DNA from: Psammoneis japonica
Taxonomy: Eukaryota
Reading direction: 5' to 3'
Assembly (NCBI GenBank): GCA_008632985.1
Contig: QPGO01000026.1
Location: 434,001-498,000, forward strand
DNA length: 64,000 nt
The notes under the pieces are model-generated. The model saw nothing but the letters and a program-made list of their open reading frames with translations, was not told where the DNA came from and ran no database searches. Both the position numbers and the translations under genes were made by a program. Shown in pieces: positions 1 through 12,248 of the stretch (positions within the stretch are counted from its first letter, which is position 1; the number at the start of each line of letters is the position of its first letter).

Positions 1-939
1 GTGTGCGGTGTCATGGCCCACGCAAGTTTGAATGCCCTCTATATAATACACCAAATAGTGTCCATGATTATTTAAAAGCTTTATGTGAAAATTGGTTTGA
101 TATGGATACCTAGCAAAATTGAGGACGGATAACTAACTAGAGTAGAGGGTGCTGCAATCCAAGCAAAGAGTAGGCATCCCAACTCACCGCGGAGCCTTGA
201 TGCCGTTCCAGGCTCAGATTCATCTTGAGACAAGGATCACGCATGGCCACTTTCATCGTTCCAATATATTATAGTACTCAAGATACGTCGTGAGAAACGT
301 AAAGAAAGATCCCAATGAAATCAAATGCCTTGTTTCGTCCTTCAAATGAAGCTTGTTGGGAAAATGTGGAGCACTAGCTTGCTCATTGATAAACATGAAC
401 GAATCACACTCAAGTCAAATAGATCCGCATAAAATGAATCGGTCCACTTGTGTGCTTCTTCCTTGAGCCTTATGTATGGTGCGTATTGGTGCGTGATGTA
501 TGGTGCGTGTTTACTTGAAGAAAGGAGTGGTGGCATGAGCCTCTTGTCCGACGAATCAGATCAAGCAACGTCAAAGTCCTTAATCATTCCCCAAGACAGG
601 AGTCCAAACAATAATTCCCAAAATCACTATGTGCTCGGAGGTATTGCACAAGCCCGTTACAGTACAGTAGTCAAAACAGCGCTTCTGTCACACAGCATCC
701 GACCCATCGAGAATACGACGAAGGACAACCACGGATTGCGATGACTCTCGGCTGAGAGCGTTGTGATGATTCGACTATTGGTCGAATATGAGAGGTGTCA
801 CCAACAAAAGGGTCGGTGACAGCAGATGGCATTGTTGTGCTCTTGTTGTTGCTTCACCAGAGAGTTGGGAAGATCGCTTCCAAAGTGAGGGTGGGAAACT
901 GCACGCGCAAGCATGCATGAGCACATACACGCGAATTGT

Positions 940-3900
940 GCATGAATTTGCTCTGTGTTGACGCGGATGGTTCAGGACGGTTGGGCTGGGGGGAAACAAG
1001 CTCATGTTTGACAACATGGCCAATTCATCCGGCTCCAAGCATCAACAATGTCTTCACCACAATTGTTCACAAATGGGGAGGGAAAGGCACCTAAAATGGC
1101 AGAGTCGCAAGAGCATCTTGATTGAACACAAATCAATCCACCGATCAGAAGCAAGTCTCAACGCAACCCACGGCAATGGCGCCAAATGCACCAGCATGAT
1201 GTTGCCACTGTTGCAATGAGGACAGCCCCCCACAAACCCACAACTGCCATCATCTCACAGTCTTGATGGTTGGCTGGGTCTTAAAGTCCTTGTTCCTGGC
1301 AGATGATGGACCACCATGACAAAGAATGGTGGCTTTTTGGGGATGCACAAGAACGTCTCAACATGCACACCACCCAGGAAGGAAAAGGAGGCACTCTTTT
1401 TAACCCTGTTCTCATCAATCGCTCTCTGAGTAACTTTTTGGGGAACCTCTAGAGGCTTGCATTTGAAGTGAGTGTGATGTTGACACCGGCAGCCCAAGAC
1501 CGATTCCAGCTCTTGCTGGTGGACAAAGACAATGACTTGTTTTTGTGCCAGGTCATTTCTGCTGTGGTGGTCTGATGCATCATTGTCTTGACCTGCTTTC
1601 TCTTTAAGGTCCATTGTGTCATTTTGCTCCATTGTCTCATCATCATGTGCAGATGGTGGGAAATCAATTTCTTGTGCAGGGAGAAGGTTGCTGTTGCCCA
1701 CTGCTTTAGAGCCAAACAAAACTCTTTGAGATGAGTTGGCTCAGCCAGAGTGTCCATTGCTGGCCCACAGCTGGGTGCTCTCCCTCAGCATTTGCAGCAG
1801 CAGCAGGTTCAAGAAGACATGCAACATTCAAGGAACTTGGGTCATTGACAGTTCTGTCTGCCACCCTGTTGGAGATGACAGGGTCTTGGCCCTTTGTGCA
1901 GCAGACAATGTCCTTTGCAGAACACTTTTCTGCTTGAATTTCGAGCATGGATGCCTTCATCCCCACCCAGTGCACTCACCATGTTCATCATCAATTTCAC
2001 CACTGTGATCAGGGGCTGGCAAATGATCTTCAAGATTGATGAGCAGCTCCATCAAATCATCATTGTGGACCTTAAAAAGGTGAGTGTGAGGAGATGCTTT
2101 GCACAGATCAACTGTGTGAGTGTCTCCTTGGCAGCACTCTCTGCAGTGTGTTGCATGTGACACAGTCAGCCCAACACTCTTGGCAGCAAAGTCAGCCATC
2201 ATGGTCACTTGACTCTTCTCCCTGTCACCCACTGGTGTGCCAGTGTGACACAAATGGATGGCAGCAGCAGCAACAAGAAGGAACTTTGCTTGACCCGTGC
2301 CTTTGGAATTTGTCATCCAAAGTGACAAGCTGCGTGAAGAATGACTCCCTCACGACAGTGTGCTGTGGCATTTTGTTCCTCTTGCAACAAAACCTGGACA
2401 GAAGAACAACACAAAATGCATGAAAGACTTGCCTCCAGCACTGGGTGCTGGCTTGAGGAGTGGCTGGAAATTCATGTGTTTCCAATCTCTTGTTTTGAGG
2501 GAAAGCCGGTGGTGCCAAAAAAAAAAGATCTCATCCAAAACCTTTGACTCTTCCCCATTTTGTTTTTAAGAAGCCTTTTTTCAGAGCAACGAGTTTGCCA
2601 GAGCAAAGTTTCTGCTTCTGGGCATTCTGGAGCAAGGCTGGTGCAGCAACAGCAGTGATGTGCCTTTCCTTGAGGGTGCTGTGCTTGGCTTGCAAAACAG
2701 CCCAGATGAGTGCTCCTTGTGCTGCTTTTGAAACATGCCCCATGCACCTGTCAATGAAACAAACACCAAATGAGCAATGCAGACCTGTCCAAGACAAATG
2801 GGTCAAGAGCAGCACAAAGTGCATGATGGTGGGAAGGCTTTGGTCAGAACCTTCATCTTGAATGACAGAACCTCATCTTGATCATCAAGAAACCGAAGAT
2901 CTCCCATGATGAAAGAAGGAAGGGTGTTGTTTGCCTTTGCTTGGACAGTGGCCAGGTTGGCAGGAGGTGCAGTTATCTCCAAAGGCTTGTCCTCATGCCT
3001 TGCAAAGGAAGTCAACTTCTTCCTCTGTCACCTCCATGACCACAACCACCTGCATGACTGCTTCCATCATCTTGCTGGCAAGTTTGTTCCATGATGACAA
3101 TGATGCGACAACAACGCAGATTGTTGCGCATGTGTGCAAATGCGAGGTTGCAAAAATTGCTGCCTGCGCCAGCAGAAGTCCCACACAAATGCAAGAAAGA
3201 GAGCATGCACCAGCACAATGGTGAAAATTTCAATCTTTGCAAGAACAGATTGATGCAGCAAAAACCTGATGTGAACCTTCTCGGACACACCAGATGTGCT
3301 GTGCCTGATTCAAACAGTGCTCAACACTCAGCTCTGCCAGCTGCATGACAACTCACAAACAAAGTGTTGCACAACAATGTAGACTGACAGAGCAGCAGCT
3401 CATTTGAGTCAACTCAAACCATTGAAAGCTGCACAAACACATGTGATGCAGACAATGACAACCAGGCCAACTGGCCCAGCATTGCACCAAAAACACATTG
3501 TCGCCACCACACAAAATGACACAAAACACAGGGGATGCCCCAACAGCACCCTGCTGCATGCAATGCATTGTGGGAATGTGCCAACAAAGCCAAGGGCTTT
3601 GCACACCCAAGCAAAAATGAAAAGACATGAGAAAGGTGAGAGTGCTGAAGTGCAGTGTGAAAACAAGCAGCTTTCAGAACAAAGCAAGAATGCTGCAGTG
3701 CTTTGGCCTGTCCTTGGCACTCAGATGAATTGACATGAGTTGCTTGAGCAGGAAACACTCCTGTGTGGCAAGGTTGCACAGAGGTGAGCAGAAACAGCAT
3801 CATTGTAAAGTGGTTGCCAAACCAAACATGCAAAACTCAAGAACTTCCCTGCTTTCTTGTGACAGGCACCAACATGGCCTCCCTTGTGTGGCAAATGATG

Positions 3901-6900
3901 ACACCTGCTAAAGCCAGATGTTGTTAAAAGATCAAAACAATGGGAGCCAGACACTGACCAGAGCACAGACACCAATTGGAGCATGACACACAACACCAGC
4001 ACAGCCAAGAGCAACACATGATGATGCCACACAGACAGCAGAAAGTTGACTTTGGGTCTTGCTAGAAGCCCAAATTGCAAAATGCACAAACCAAACTGCC
4101 CATGATGTGCAGCCAATGAAAGAGAGAGTTGATGAGATCAACTTGCATGGTTGTTCTCAGAAATGAGCTGTGTGAGCAACGTGTTGCATGTGTGCTGTTG
4201 CCAAGGTCAAAAGCTGACAAGCCCTGTGTTTCGTCAATGTGTGCTGTTGTCCCCTGCTTTGCCAATTGGCTCAATTGTCAACACAAACATGCCAGCTGTT
4301 GTTGTGCTGCAAATGTGCACAAAGCTCATCATTTCAGCATTGCATGCTCTGCAAGACCAAACTTGACTGAGCCCAGTTTCTGGCTTTGCCAACATTTGCT
4401 CAATTGTCAAATGCTCTTTGACAGTGCTCAACAAGAACTTGTTGAGAACACAGGCTTCTTGTCATGCACAGATCAACTCTGAACAAGAGCAACAACACAA
4501 TTTTTCACCAGACACTTGACATTCTTGACAACATTGTGAGAAGAACCAAGGAGAGGACACTTTGGCAAACTCACCCGATGGACATCCCAAATGCACCAGT
4601 TGATGTGCACAATTTGTCAGCGGCAAGGCAGGCACAGGGCAGGGATGTGCAGCAGGAGGGACATTTGACTTGAAGCATGAGTGACCAAATGACAGGTCTT
4701 CTCAATTGTGTGTTCTTCCCAAAGAATGAGAAGAATTTGCAGCTGCAAGTTGAAGACACTCATCACTTCTTCTGTTGCTTTTGATGGAATCGGGAATTCT
4801 CTTTGTGGATTTCATGACACCACATTGTCTCAGTCACAGATGCATGCTGCAGGCACCACAGTTGAGATTGCTTGGCAGATTGAAGATGGCACCTCTTGCT
4901 CAAGTCCAAAGATTTGACACACTGTGCCATGGAGAATCCAAAAATTAAGTTGATTGATGCTGCAAGCAACAGTGTTGGACTCATTGGCAGCGATTGGGAG
5001 CTGGATGCTAGTGTGGATTTGATGCACACGCAGCATTTGACACAGCACACAGATTGGGATTTAGGATCATCCGTTGCTGACTGGCATGACAAAACACAGT
5101 TTTGACAACAGCCTTGACACAGCTGCCACTGCAGCAGTGCCAGAGTGGCAGTTGACTTGGCAATGAACTCGGCAGCAGTGCTCATTGGCTTTTTGCTGTT
5201 GCACGCACAACATGTGTGTGGCATGCCAGCAGTCATCACAATCATCTGCTCTCTTTCCAGCAGGGCCCTGCTCTGGCAGTGCAATGCTGCAGCTGTCTGC
5301 TGCAAGGGCTGGTGGCCTTTGTGTCAAAGAAGTGCATGAAACCATGCAGAGACATTTTTTCTTGCAGCTTCCTGGACCTCCATGCACCAAGTTTCTGCTC
5401 ACATGCAAGCGGGGCTAAAAGTGGTGCAGTTGGTGAATGACCCTTGCATCCAGCCCTGACATGCATGCCAAAAATTGAAAATCTGCCAAACTTCATCCAA
5501 GATTTACAAAGATGTTGCATTGCTGTGAGAGCACTTGCGGCGCTGCAACTTTCTTTGATGCTGCAAGGCATTCTCACAGCCCATGCTGGAGCTGTCCTCA
5601 AAGATGCAGCAGGGAAGCTCTGTCAAAACGCCTCGTCAATTGACCGCGTTGGCAGTGTGGAGGTGTCTGAGTTGAAAAGGGGGCAGTGGACAAAGGAGAA
5701 TTCTTTGACACCTTTGCTGTTTGCAACGTTCCCCTCTTCTTGCCGGTTTGTCTCTTGAAGGCTGGCTCTTCTTGTTCAGAGTGCTGCCGCCACGTGGTTG
5801 GCCATCGCGCATGTGAACAATGGAGTTGGCACCATTGTCCTGAGTTGGAAGGCATCAACAAAAGATGCTGCACTCAGTTTGACAGTGTGCAACACACAGC
5901 CACTGATGAGAGTCAATGCATCACGGCGACGTGTTGCAGCCTTTAAATGTCACAAAGGGCATGACAAAATGACCTTTTGTCTGCATGCATGCTGCGTTGT
6001 GAATTCACAGCGGAGTGGTTCATCTCGCAACCATCAGGCAGGAGGCCAGGGGTTCGAAACCCTGAGTGGGAGTTGTCTGCAGCAACGTTGATCACTGTCG
6101 AATGCGCAAAACTCTGTGCAGTTCTGCATGTTCCTTCGCACGTGCCCGCACTGTTCCACCAAAACCGTGCAGTGTCAGCACACGTTAGTAAAGAGCCGCA
6201 TGGATGCGTGACGCATGGGGAGGAGTGCAACACACAGCTGCTGATGAGAGCCAATGCATCACGGCGACGTGTCACAGCCTTTAAATGTCACAAAGGGCGT
6301 GACAAAACAACCTTTTGTCTGCATGCATGCTGCAAGTGAGATGGTTGATGCTCCAAGCTCCAAATCCGTTGCCATGAACAAGCCAATCAATGTCATGGGA
6401 CAAGAAAGTGGACCACCCTGCACTGTTCTTGGTGTGGCAAGATCCCTGGTGACCATTGCAATGGCAACTCTCATGGGCGTTGGTGGCATGCCTCAGTTTT
6501 TGCCCTGCTCTGTGTGTGCTTGGAACCAGACAGCCAGGAGAAGTGTCCATTGTTTGGCTGCTTCACTGCACCTGGAACAGGCCATGCCATTCCCAAACCT
6601 CGATGCTGGTGTGACATTGTTGGGACCAAGAACCTTGTCCTCTTCCACAAAGATGAAGAGGTGTGCTCTTTGCAAGCTGCAAACAAGGTTGACACCACAA
6701 GAAAGCATTGTCTTGACATGGAAGTCTGGGCAATTGGCATTGCTGTCAAGCTTGTTGGCAATGAAAGTGTCGCGGACAAAAAGGGAGCTTGACAGGCACA
6801 AATGTGCATCATGTTGTTGCTCTCATCAACTCTGGGAGCTGCATCATTCTGATGAAAGAAGCTTGTTGGCAAGGCCTCGCAGGAAATGGAGATCATGTGT

Positions 6901-7620
6901 GGCTGTTTGTCAGGTCATTGACCATTGTGCTGAAAACAGAAGAGCTGAAATTTGAGAAAGGATCTTGTCTGGACAGAGCAACAACAGGCATTGGTGTGCA
7001 GGAAGTGCAGGAGGATGTGTTGCTTGGACGTTCTTGTTCCAACCAGGCAAAGCATGTTTCTCAACCAGTTCTGTGTTGTTCCGTCTCATCAACACAGGAT
7101 TGGTTGCTCTTGTTGAACATTTTGGTGAATCTGATTGGTTTGATGGGTTCATGGAGGAATTTTTAAAGCTTGGAGAGGACAAGCAAGCTTTGGAGTTTAT
7201 CAATTCTTGCCAACCTTGCAACAACTCCAACGTTCCTCCACAGTCTTTCAAGAAAACAATCCAGTCAGGACCTGGCTTTGTGCATGACACTGTCATTGCT
7301 GTGGTGATGTCTGCATGTCAGACATCCAAGCCGGGTGTCCACTTTGATGGGGAGGGCCACTCAAGTCAGTTGTCAAAAGTTTGTTCAAAAGAATTGTGGG
7401 TCCAATCAAGATTCTGCCTGACATGTCCCCAAGCTGCTTTGGAGATGGCATGCATTGAGTGCAAAACCAAGTTTGTTCTTCCTTCTGAGTTGAAAGATGT
7501 CAAACTCATTTTTCAGAGCATGACAATGGATTGAAGCTGAGTTGTGTGTGTGCCCTGCTTTTTCAGGAGAGAACAGCATCAAAGCACTTTTGCATGCAGA
7601 GCATTTTTTCAAAAAACCAC
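940..7620. other. Degenerate, unclassified TpA- and CpG-depleted block (probable old transposon or repeat remnants)
   Basis: Only about 25 TA dinucleotides in about 6.7 kb by eye. All six frames give short Cys/His-rich, Tyr-poor ORFs with no recognisable intact domain. Confidence 0.6.
5887..6333 (+). repeat. 109-bp direct repeat pair (5887-5995 and 6225-6333)
   Basis: Both copies run gtgcaacacacagc...ctgcatgcatgctgc. They differ only by transitions, including three reciprocal CA/TG swaps. Confidence 0.9.
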
Positions 7621-7628
7621 AAATCAGT

Positions 7629-8548
7629 TGCAGACTTGTTCCAGACTTAGGTGGCGCGCACATGCCCCTTTTCGCAGAAAAAATAATTTTTTATGCTTTA
7701 TTCAACATCGTACATATTTCATTATATTGATCATATAAATTGCTTATAAGTAAAATAAACAGAATAAACTCGAACAAACAAACAGCCAAACCGGCCATGG
7801 CTTTCAGTGACCATGACGGCCCACTTTTTTCAGCCTTATGGAAAATTTAATGTCATGACGAGGACCTCCGTATTTGATATAGTCTAAGGCATCAACAACA
7901 ATAGTGAAAATGCTTGTTACAGGCTGCAGCGCGGCACAATAATGCTAAATCTGTCAGCAACAACAATTGAGCCTCAATTCACTCACAATTTGCCTCTAAG
8001 GACAATTTCTTTGCCATTACCATGTATATTTCCTCAATATATTCGACTGATTGAAGTGTATCAATCGTTTATGCCTTTTAAACAGTGAAAAATGGTCCGA
8101 AGTCGACGCCATTGCGTGGGCTGAGCTACCCTTCTTCTCACGTCGTCCGAAACTTATTAATCAACCTATGTTTTATTCGATCCGTTGAATGATAGTTGTA
8201 TTCGCGCATTTTAACCAAAGATTATTTATGTTATGTTAGAGGTTTAATTTATATATAAGAATAATATTTTATACGTTTCTTCACACATTAAGACATCTAT
8301 AAATCGCTCCTCGGAAAACAGAGCTCTCAACTTACGGTACAATTTAGCGACTAACAACTGAGTCCATCCACAGTTTCGAATACATGGGTACACGCACAAG
8401 ACCTTTCTGTATGTACCCATAACAACACATTTGAAAATTGTTATGTCATTACCATCGAAAATGGTGCCGCAAGTGTGGACCGCGCGTTTCATGCGAAAAG
8501 GGTCATTTTTTCGCGCGTGAGCGCACCCAAGTCTGGAACAAGTCTGCA
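7629..8548. mobile_element. Putative non-autonomous TIR element (~920 bp) with AT-rich interior
   Basis: tgcagacttgttccagactt(a/g)ggtg starts at 7629 on + and at 8548 on -. A weaker inner match is ccttttcgca / tgcgaaaagg. No clear TSD. Confidence 0.55.
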
Positions 8549-8549
8549 G

Positions 8550-11370
8550 TGCACTGCTGGTCCTGAGTTGTCCAACAACTTTTAAAAAATTGTTTGTGTG
8601 ACATCTTGGAAGGAAAGAGGACAAGTGCTCCACAACAAGATGATCACGCAGATGAGGATTTGACAAAGCAGTCCAGGCCTTCTGCTCATGTTGTGCAAAA
8701 CCGCAGCACATGATGTCATGAAAACCTGCTTGCCTGTCTGCAAAAAGCAACATTCTGCTGAAGTGGAGCTCATGATGACCACCTGGAAATGACATTTTGT
8801 CATGCCAGCTGATTGCACTGGTCCTGCTCCCACAGAGCAGAAGATGAAGCAGATGGGCAGTCACCCCACACCAGAGCAGGGAAGAGCCTTGTCATGGACT
8901 TTGTGCTGGACTTGCAAACCTCCACATGAGCAATGAGAAGATCTTTGCTGATGGCCAGAATGACCCCAAGCAAGTGCAGCCATGACAGCAGGAGTGTCAG
9001 CAGCATCAGCAACAATGGAGATGGCAGCAACCACAACAAGGGCAAAGACTGCAGCAGATGTGGCAATGGCAGAGGTGAGCCCAAGCCTGATGATCTTTTC
9101 CCAGGTCCATGGTGCCAAGGACCTCATGCATGACATCGGCGCTGCAACAATTTCAGCAACCCTGTCTGTCAAGGCCCACCAAATCACAGCAGTGGCAGCC
9201 AATGAGGCCAACAACTTGGTGGTCAAGGTGGCCATGATGACAATGGTGGGCATGTTTCTGAAGGCTGAGGTGGTGGTGGTGGGTGCCACGGCAGCCACAG
9301 CAGTGACCAAGGAGGCAACTGCCACTGCCACAACCCAAGTCATGGAGGTGTTGAAAGCTGAGGTGACAATCAAGGTGGTGGCAGCCATCATTGCCGCAAT
9401 GATCAAACCCACCAGGCTCAGAGTCAGGGCAGTGGTTTCCAACAGAACTCCAGCTGGAGCAGTGCTGCCCAAGTGAATGGCTGCAGCCAGGCTTGTGGAG
9501 CTCCTCACATTGAAGCATGCTGCCATTTTGGCCTCATTGGACAAGATCATCTGTGTGAAGGAGGTGTGGCAAGAAACTCATCCAATGGACAGTGTCCTCA
9601 ACACAGCTGGTTGGGGGCTGTGATTGCTCCAAAGATGAGTGCCCCAGCTGCCACATTGTTTTGAAGATTGTGCTGAACTTCATCCATGAAAATCTGTGAC
9701 TCAGGGGCTTCAGATGCTCTCCCTCACTCATTGCAGTTGTCACATCTCCCTCATTTTTGGTTGTTTCCTCTGGAGTGAGTGCTTGCCAAAGCCTGTCAGC
9801 AGCAGTTTCAGCCTGACGGCAAGTGATGACATTGGTTTGCAAGGTTTCAACACATGTTTTCATCTCAATCTTCTCATTGAGTCATGGCTGTGCATTCAAG
9901 TCTTGGACAAAGTGACACATCTCTTGCCAGCAGGACTGAGTTGGGCATTGAAATTTGAGCAAAATTGTCAAATGCCACATGATGCTGCCCGAGGTGAGAC
10001 CATGCCTGTGATGACATTTGGGACCAAACCAATGGAGTGAGAGTGCCATGGCGATGTTCCAAGGCACATGGTCCAAGGCACAAACCAACTCAAGAACAAG
10101 AGCCCCAATTGGGCACAAACTTGTTTGACCACAGTTTGTTGTCAAGAAAGCAGGCTGGCCAAGCTGGAGGAGGAAAGTGCCAAATTTTGGGTTTTGCTGG
10201 TGCGCTCTTGCAAAAAGCTCAAATTGAAATTGGAGAGGCTTGTTGGGCACGGGGTGCAGTCATGCACAGTGTCTGCATGCTGACCTCTGCTGCCTTTTGC
10301 CATTGATGCTTGGCATGAATGAGTTCAGCTCATGACAAATCCTGCAAATCATGAACCCTCTTTTTGGCAGTGCAGTTTTGGAAATGAGCATTGACTCCAC
10401 AAAAGGAGGTTGACTGGCTCTCTCCTTTTTGATCACAGAGAGGTGTGCATTGTCACCAAAACACATGTCATCAGCATGGCAGCAGCAAGTGCACGTGCAC
10501 TCCACAAGAGCAAGAACAGAACTCAAATGGGTGTTGGCTGCAAACAAAAGAGAAGCCACTGTGATGGTCAACAAACACATGGCTGCACAGCAGCATCTTT
10601 TTGTTGTTGCCCAGCCTTTCAACTGAGCAGCAAGGCCTGGGGTTGTTGCACCCAGCTGATTGACCAATGCATGCTGAACAGGCTCTGCCATCTTGAACAT
10701 TTTGTGTTGTTTGGTGTTGCCTTTGAAAGCAGCACATTGAGAAACACGACACTGTGCAAGCTGCCAAGGCAAATCTCCATTTTGAGCCATGGCCTGGATC
10801 TGAGAAAATGAAAGATGACTGAGTTGGCAGTGCTGGCATGAAATTTCATTCAACAGGCTCATTGGTGTGATCAGCTCATCATCATCTGTGGCTGGAGCTT
10901 GATCAAAATGACCCATTGAGAGGTTGAAACGGACTGCACTCATGCCAGGTGAAGGCACTGGTTGCTGCAGTCAAGCAGGTTGTTGCAAGCCAAAGCAGAA
11001 GATCTCACAAAATCACCTGCTGGAGGGTTGTTCTGAACATCCAGAATGGGTTGGATGGCAGCTGACATGGCAGCAAAAAAAGTGGTGGTGCTGGCGTCTG
11101 ACGTCATTTGGATGAGCACGGCGTTGCTTGGGGGCTCTGGTGGCTTCTGCAACAATTTTGAACCAAGCCAGGTCTCTGCAGCACAGAGGAAGTGTGTGGC
11201 TTTGTTGCAGTTCATGCAGCAGAGAGCAAAACAGCAAAGCAGACAACAAAGCAGTGATCAGATTTGCGAGTTTCCAAATTGTCAGCACAAAAACCATGCT
11301 GCTCGACACCAAAAATCAAAGAAAGAAAACACAGGAAGTGACTCGTCTTTGCACTGGAACCAACACAGAT
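8550..11370 (-). mobile_element. Degenerate Ty1/Copia (CoDi-like) remnant with GAG-pre-integrase and integrase fragments
   Basis: Minus-strand fragments HLSFSQIQAMAQNGDLPWQLAQC, PGLAAQLKGWATTKRCCCAA / VFVDHHSGFSFVC and CHADD..FGDNA resemble Copia integrase motifs with Tyr replaced by Cys. Many frameshifts. Confidence 0.7.
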
Positions 11371-11508
11371 GAACATGGTGTAAAAACTTGTCAGGAACGA
11401 GAAGTTCTTGAGTGCATAAAAGAAGAATAAGAAGAGAAGTGAGGCTCCATTCTCATTTTGAACCTTTTTGGAGCTCCAATGGTGTCCGCCCGTTGCGTCA
11501 CTTGATCT

Positions 11509-11728
11509 TGGGGGGCGTCTTTGGAAGTGAGATCGTCGAAGGCGGTCTGATCGCCAGTGCGTTTTGGGGTTTTCCCAGTACATTTTTTTGTAGGGCTACG
11601 CGCAAGAAAACACGTGGGATCTGTCCAGAGGTCCCAAATACCCAATCGCACTGATTGACAGACTGTTTTAGTACAAATTCTATGTACGTAACTTTCTTCG
11701 ACAGTCTCACTTCCGAAGACGTCCCCCA
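11509..11728. mobile_element. 220-bp MITE with ~33-bp TIRs and 4-bp TSD ATCT
   Basis: The left end tggggggcgtctttggaagtgagatcgtcgaag matches the reverse complement of the right end, tgggggacgtcttcggaagtgagactgtcgaag. ATCT lies at 11505-11508 and 11729-11732. Confidence 0.7.
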
Positions 11729-12248
11729 ATCTGTGATTGGTCTTCAGACGTTGATGGCGGTCTTTTGCCGATCTTTGTACATGAATATAGACATTGTCAC
11801 CCGCGTCTAACTGCGGGCTGAAGGTTGAGATCGTTGTCGTTTGATTGTGTTGATGTTGTTGTTCTTGTGGGTATTTCAAGTTGTCGTTCATGACTTCGCC
11901 TTTTTTGACTGTGAGTAGGCCCTCTACTCTCTAGGGCCTAGAGTAGCTAGCTCTCTACTCTAGCTACAAGAGAGGGCCCTCGTAAACGCGGGAGATCGGG
12001 TTTCGAGTTCCCGGTTCGCATTCGACACCGAACATTTATTGCAAATCAGTCGTACTACAGAAGTTAGCAAAAAAAAGGAAGGAAAACAACAATAAGGAAA
12101 ACAAAAAAGTGAAAGCTTGCGAGCACTATACTATGCATTGAACCTTATTTCTCTTTTCGAATCAAAAGTTACTGCAATCAGTTCCACCATCACAAAGAAC
12201 AAGAGGCCTTGAGGATTACATTGAATTAGTGTCTCGGAAGCCCTAACC

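Noticed and set aside
472..510. Short tandem (t)atggtgcgt-like repeats
   Set aside because: Three degenerate units only, with no further structure.
11391..11891. 166-aa ORF on the minus strand
   Set aside because: It spans a MITE and has no recognisable domain, so it is not supportable as a gene.
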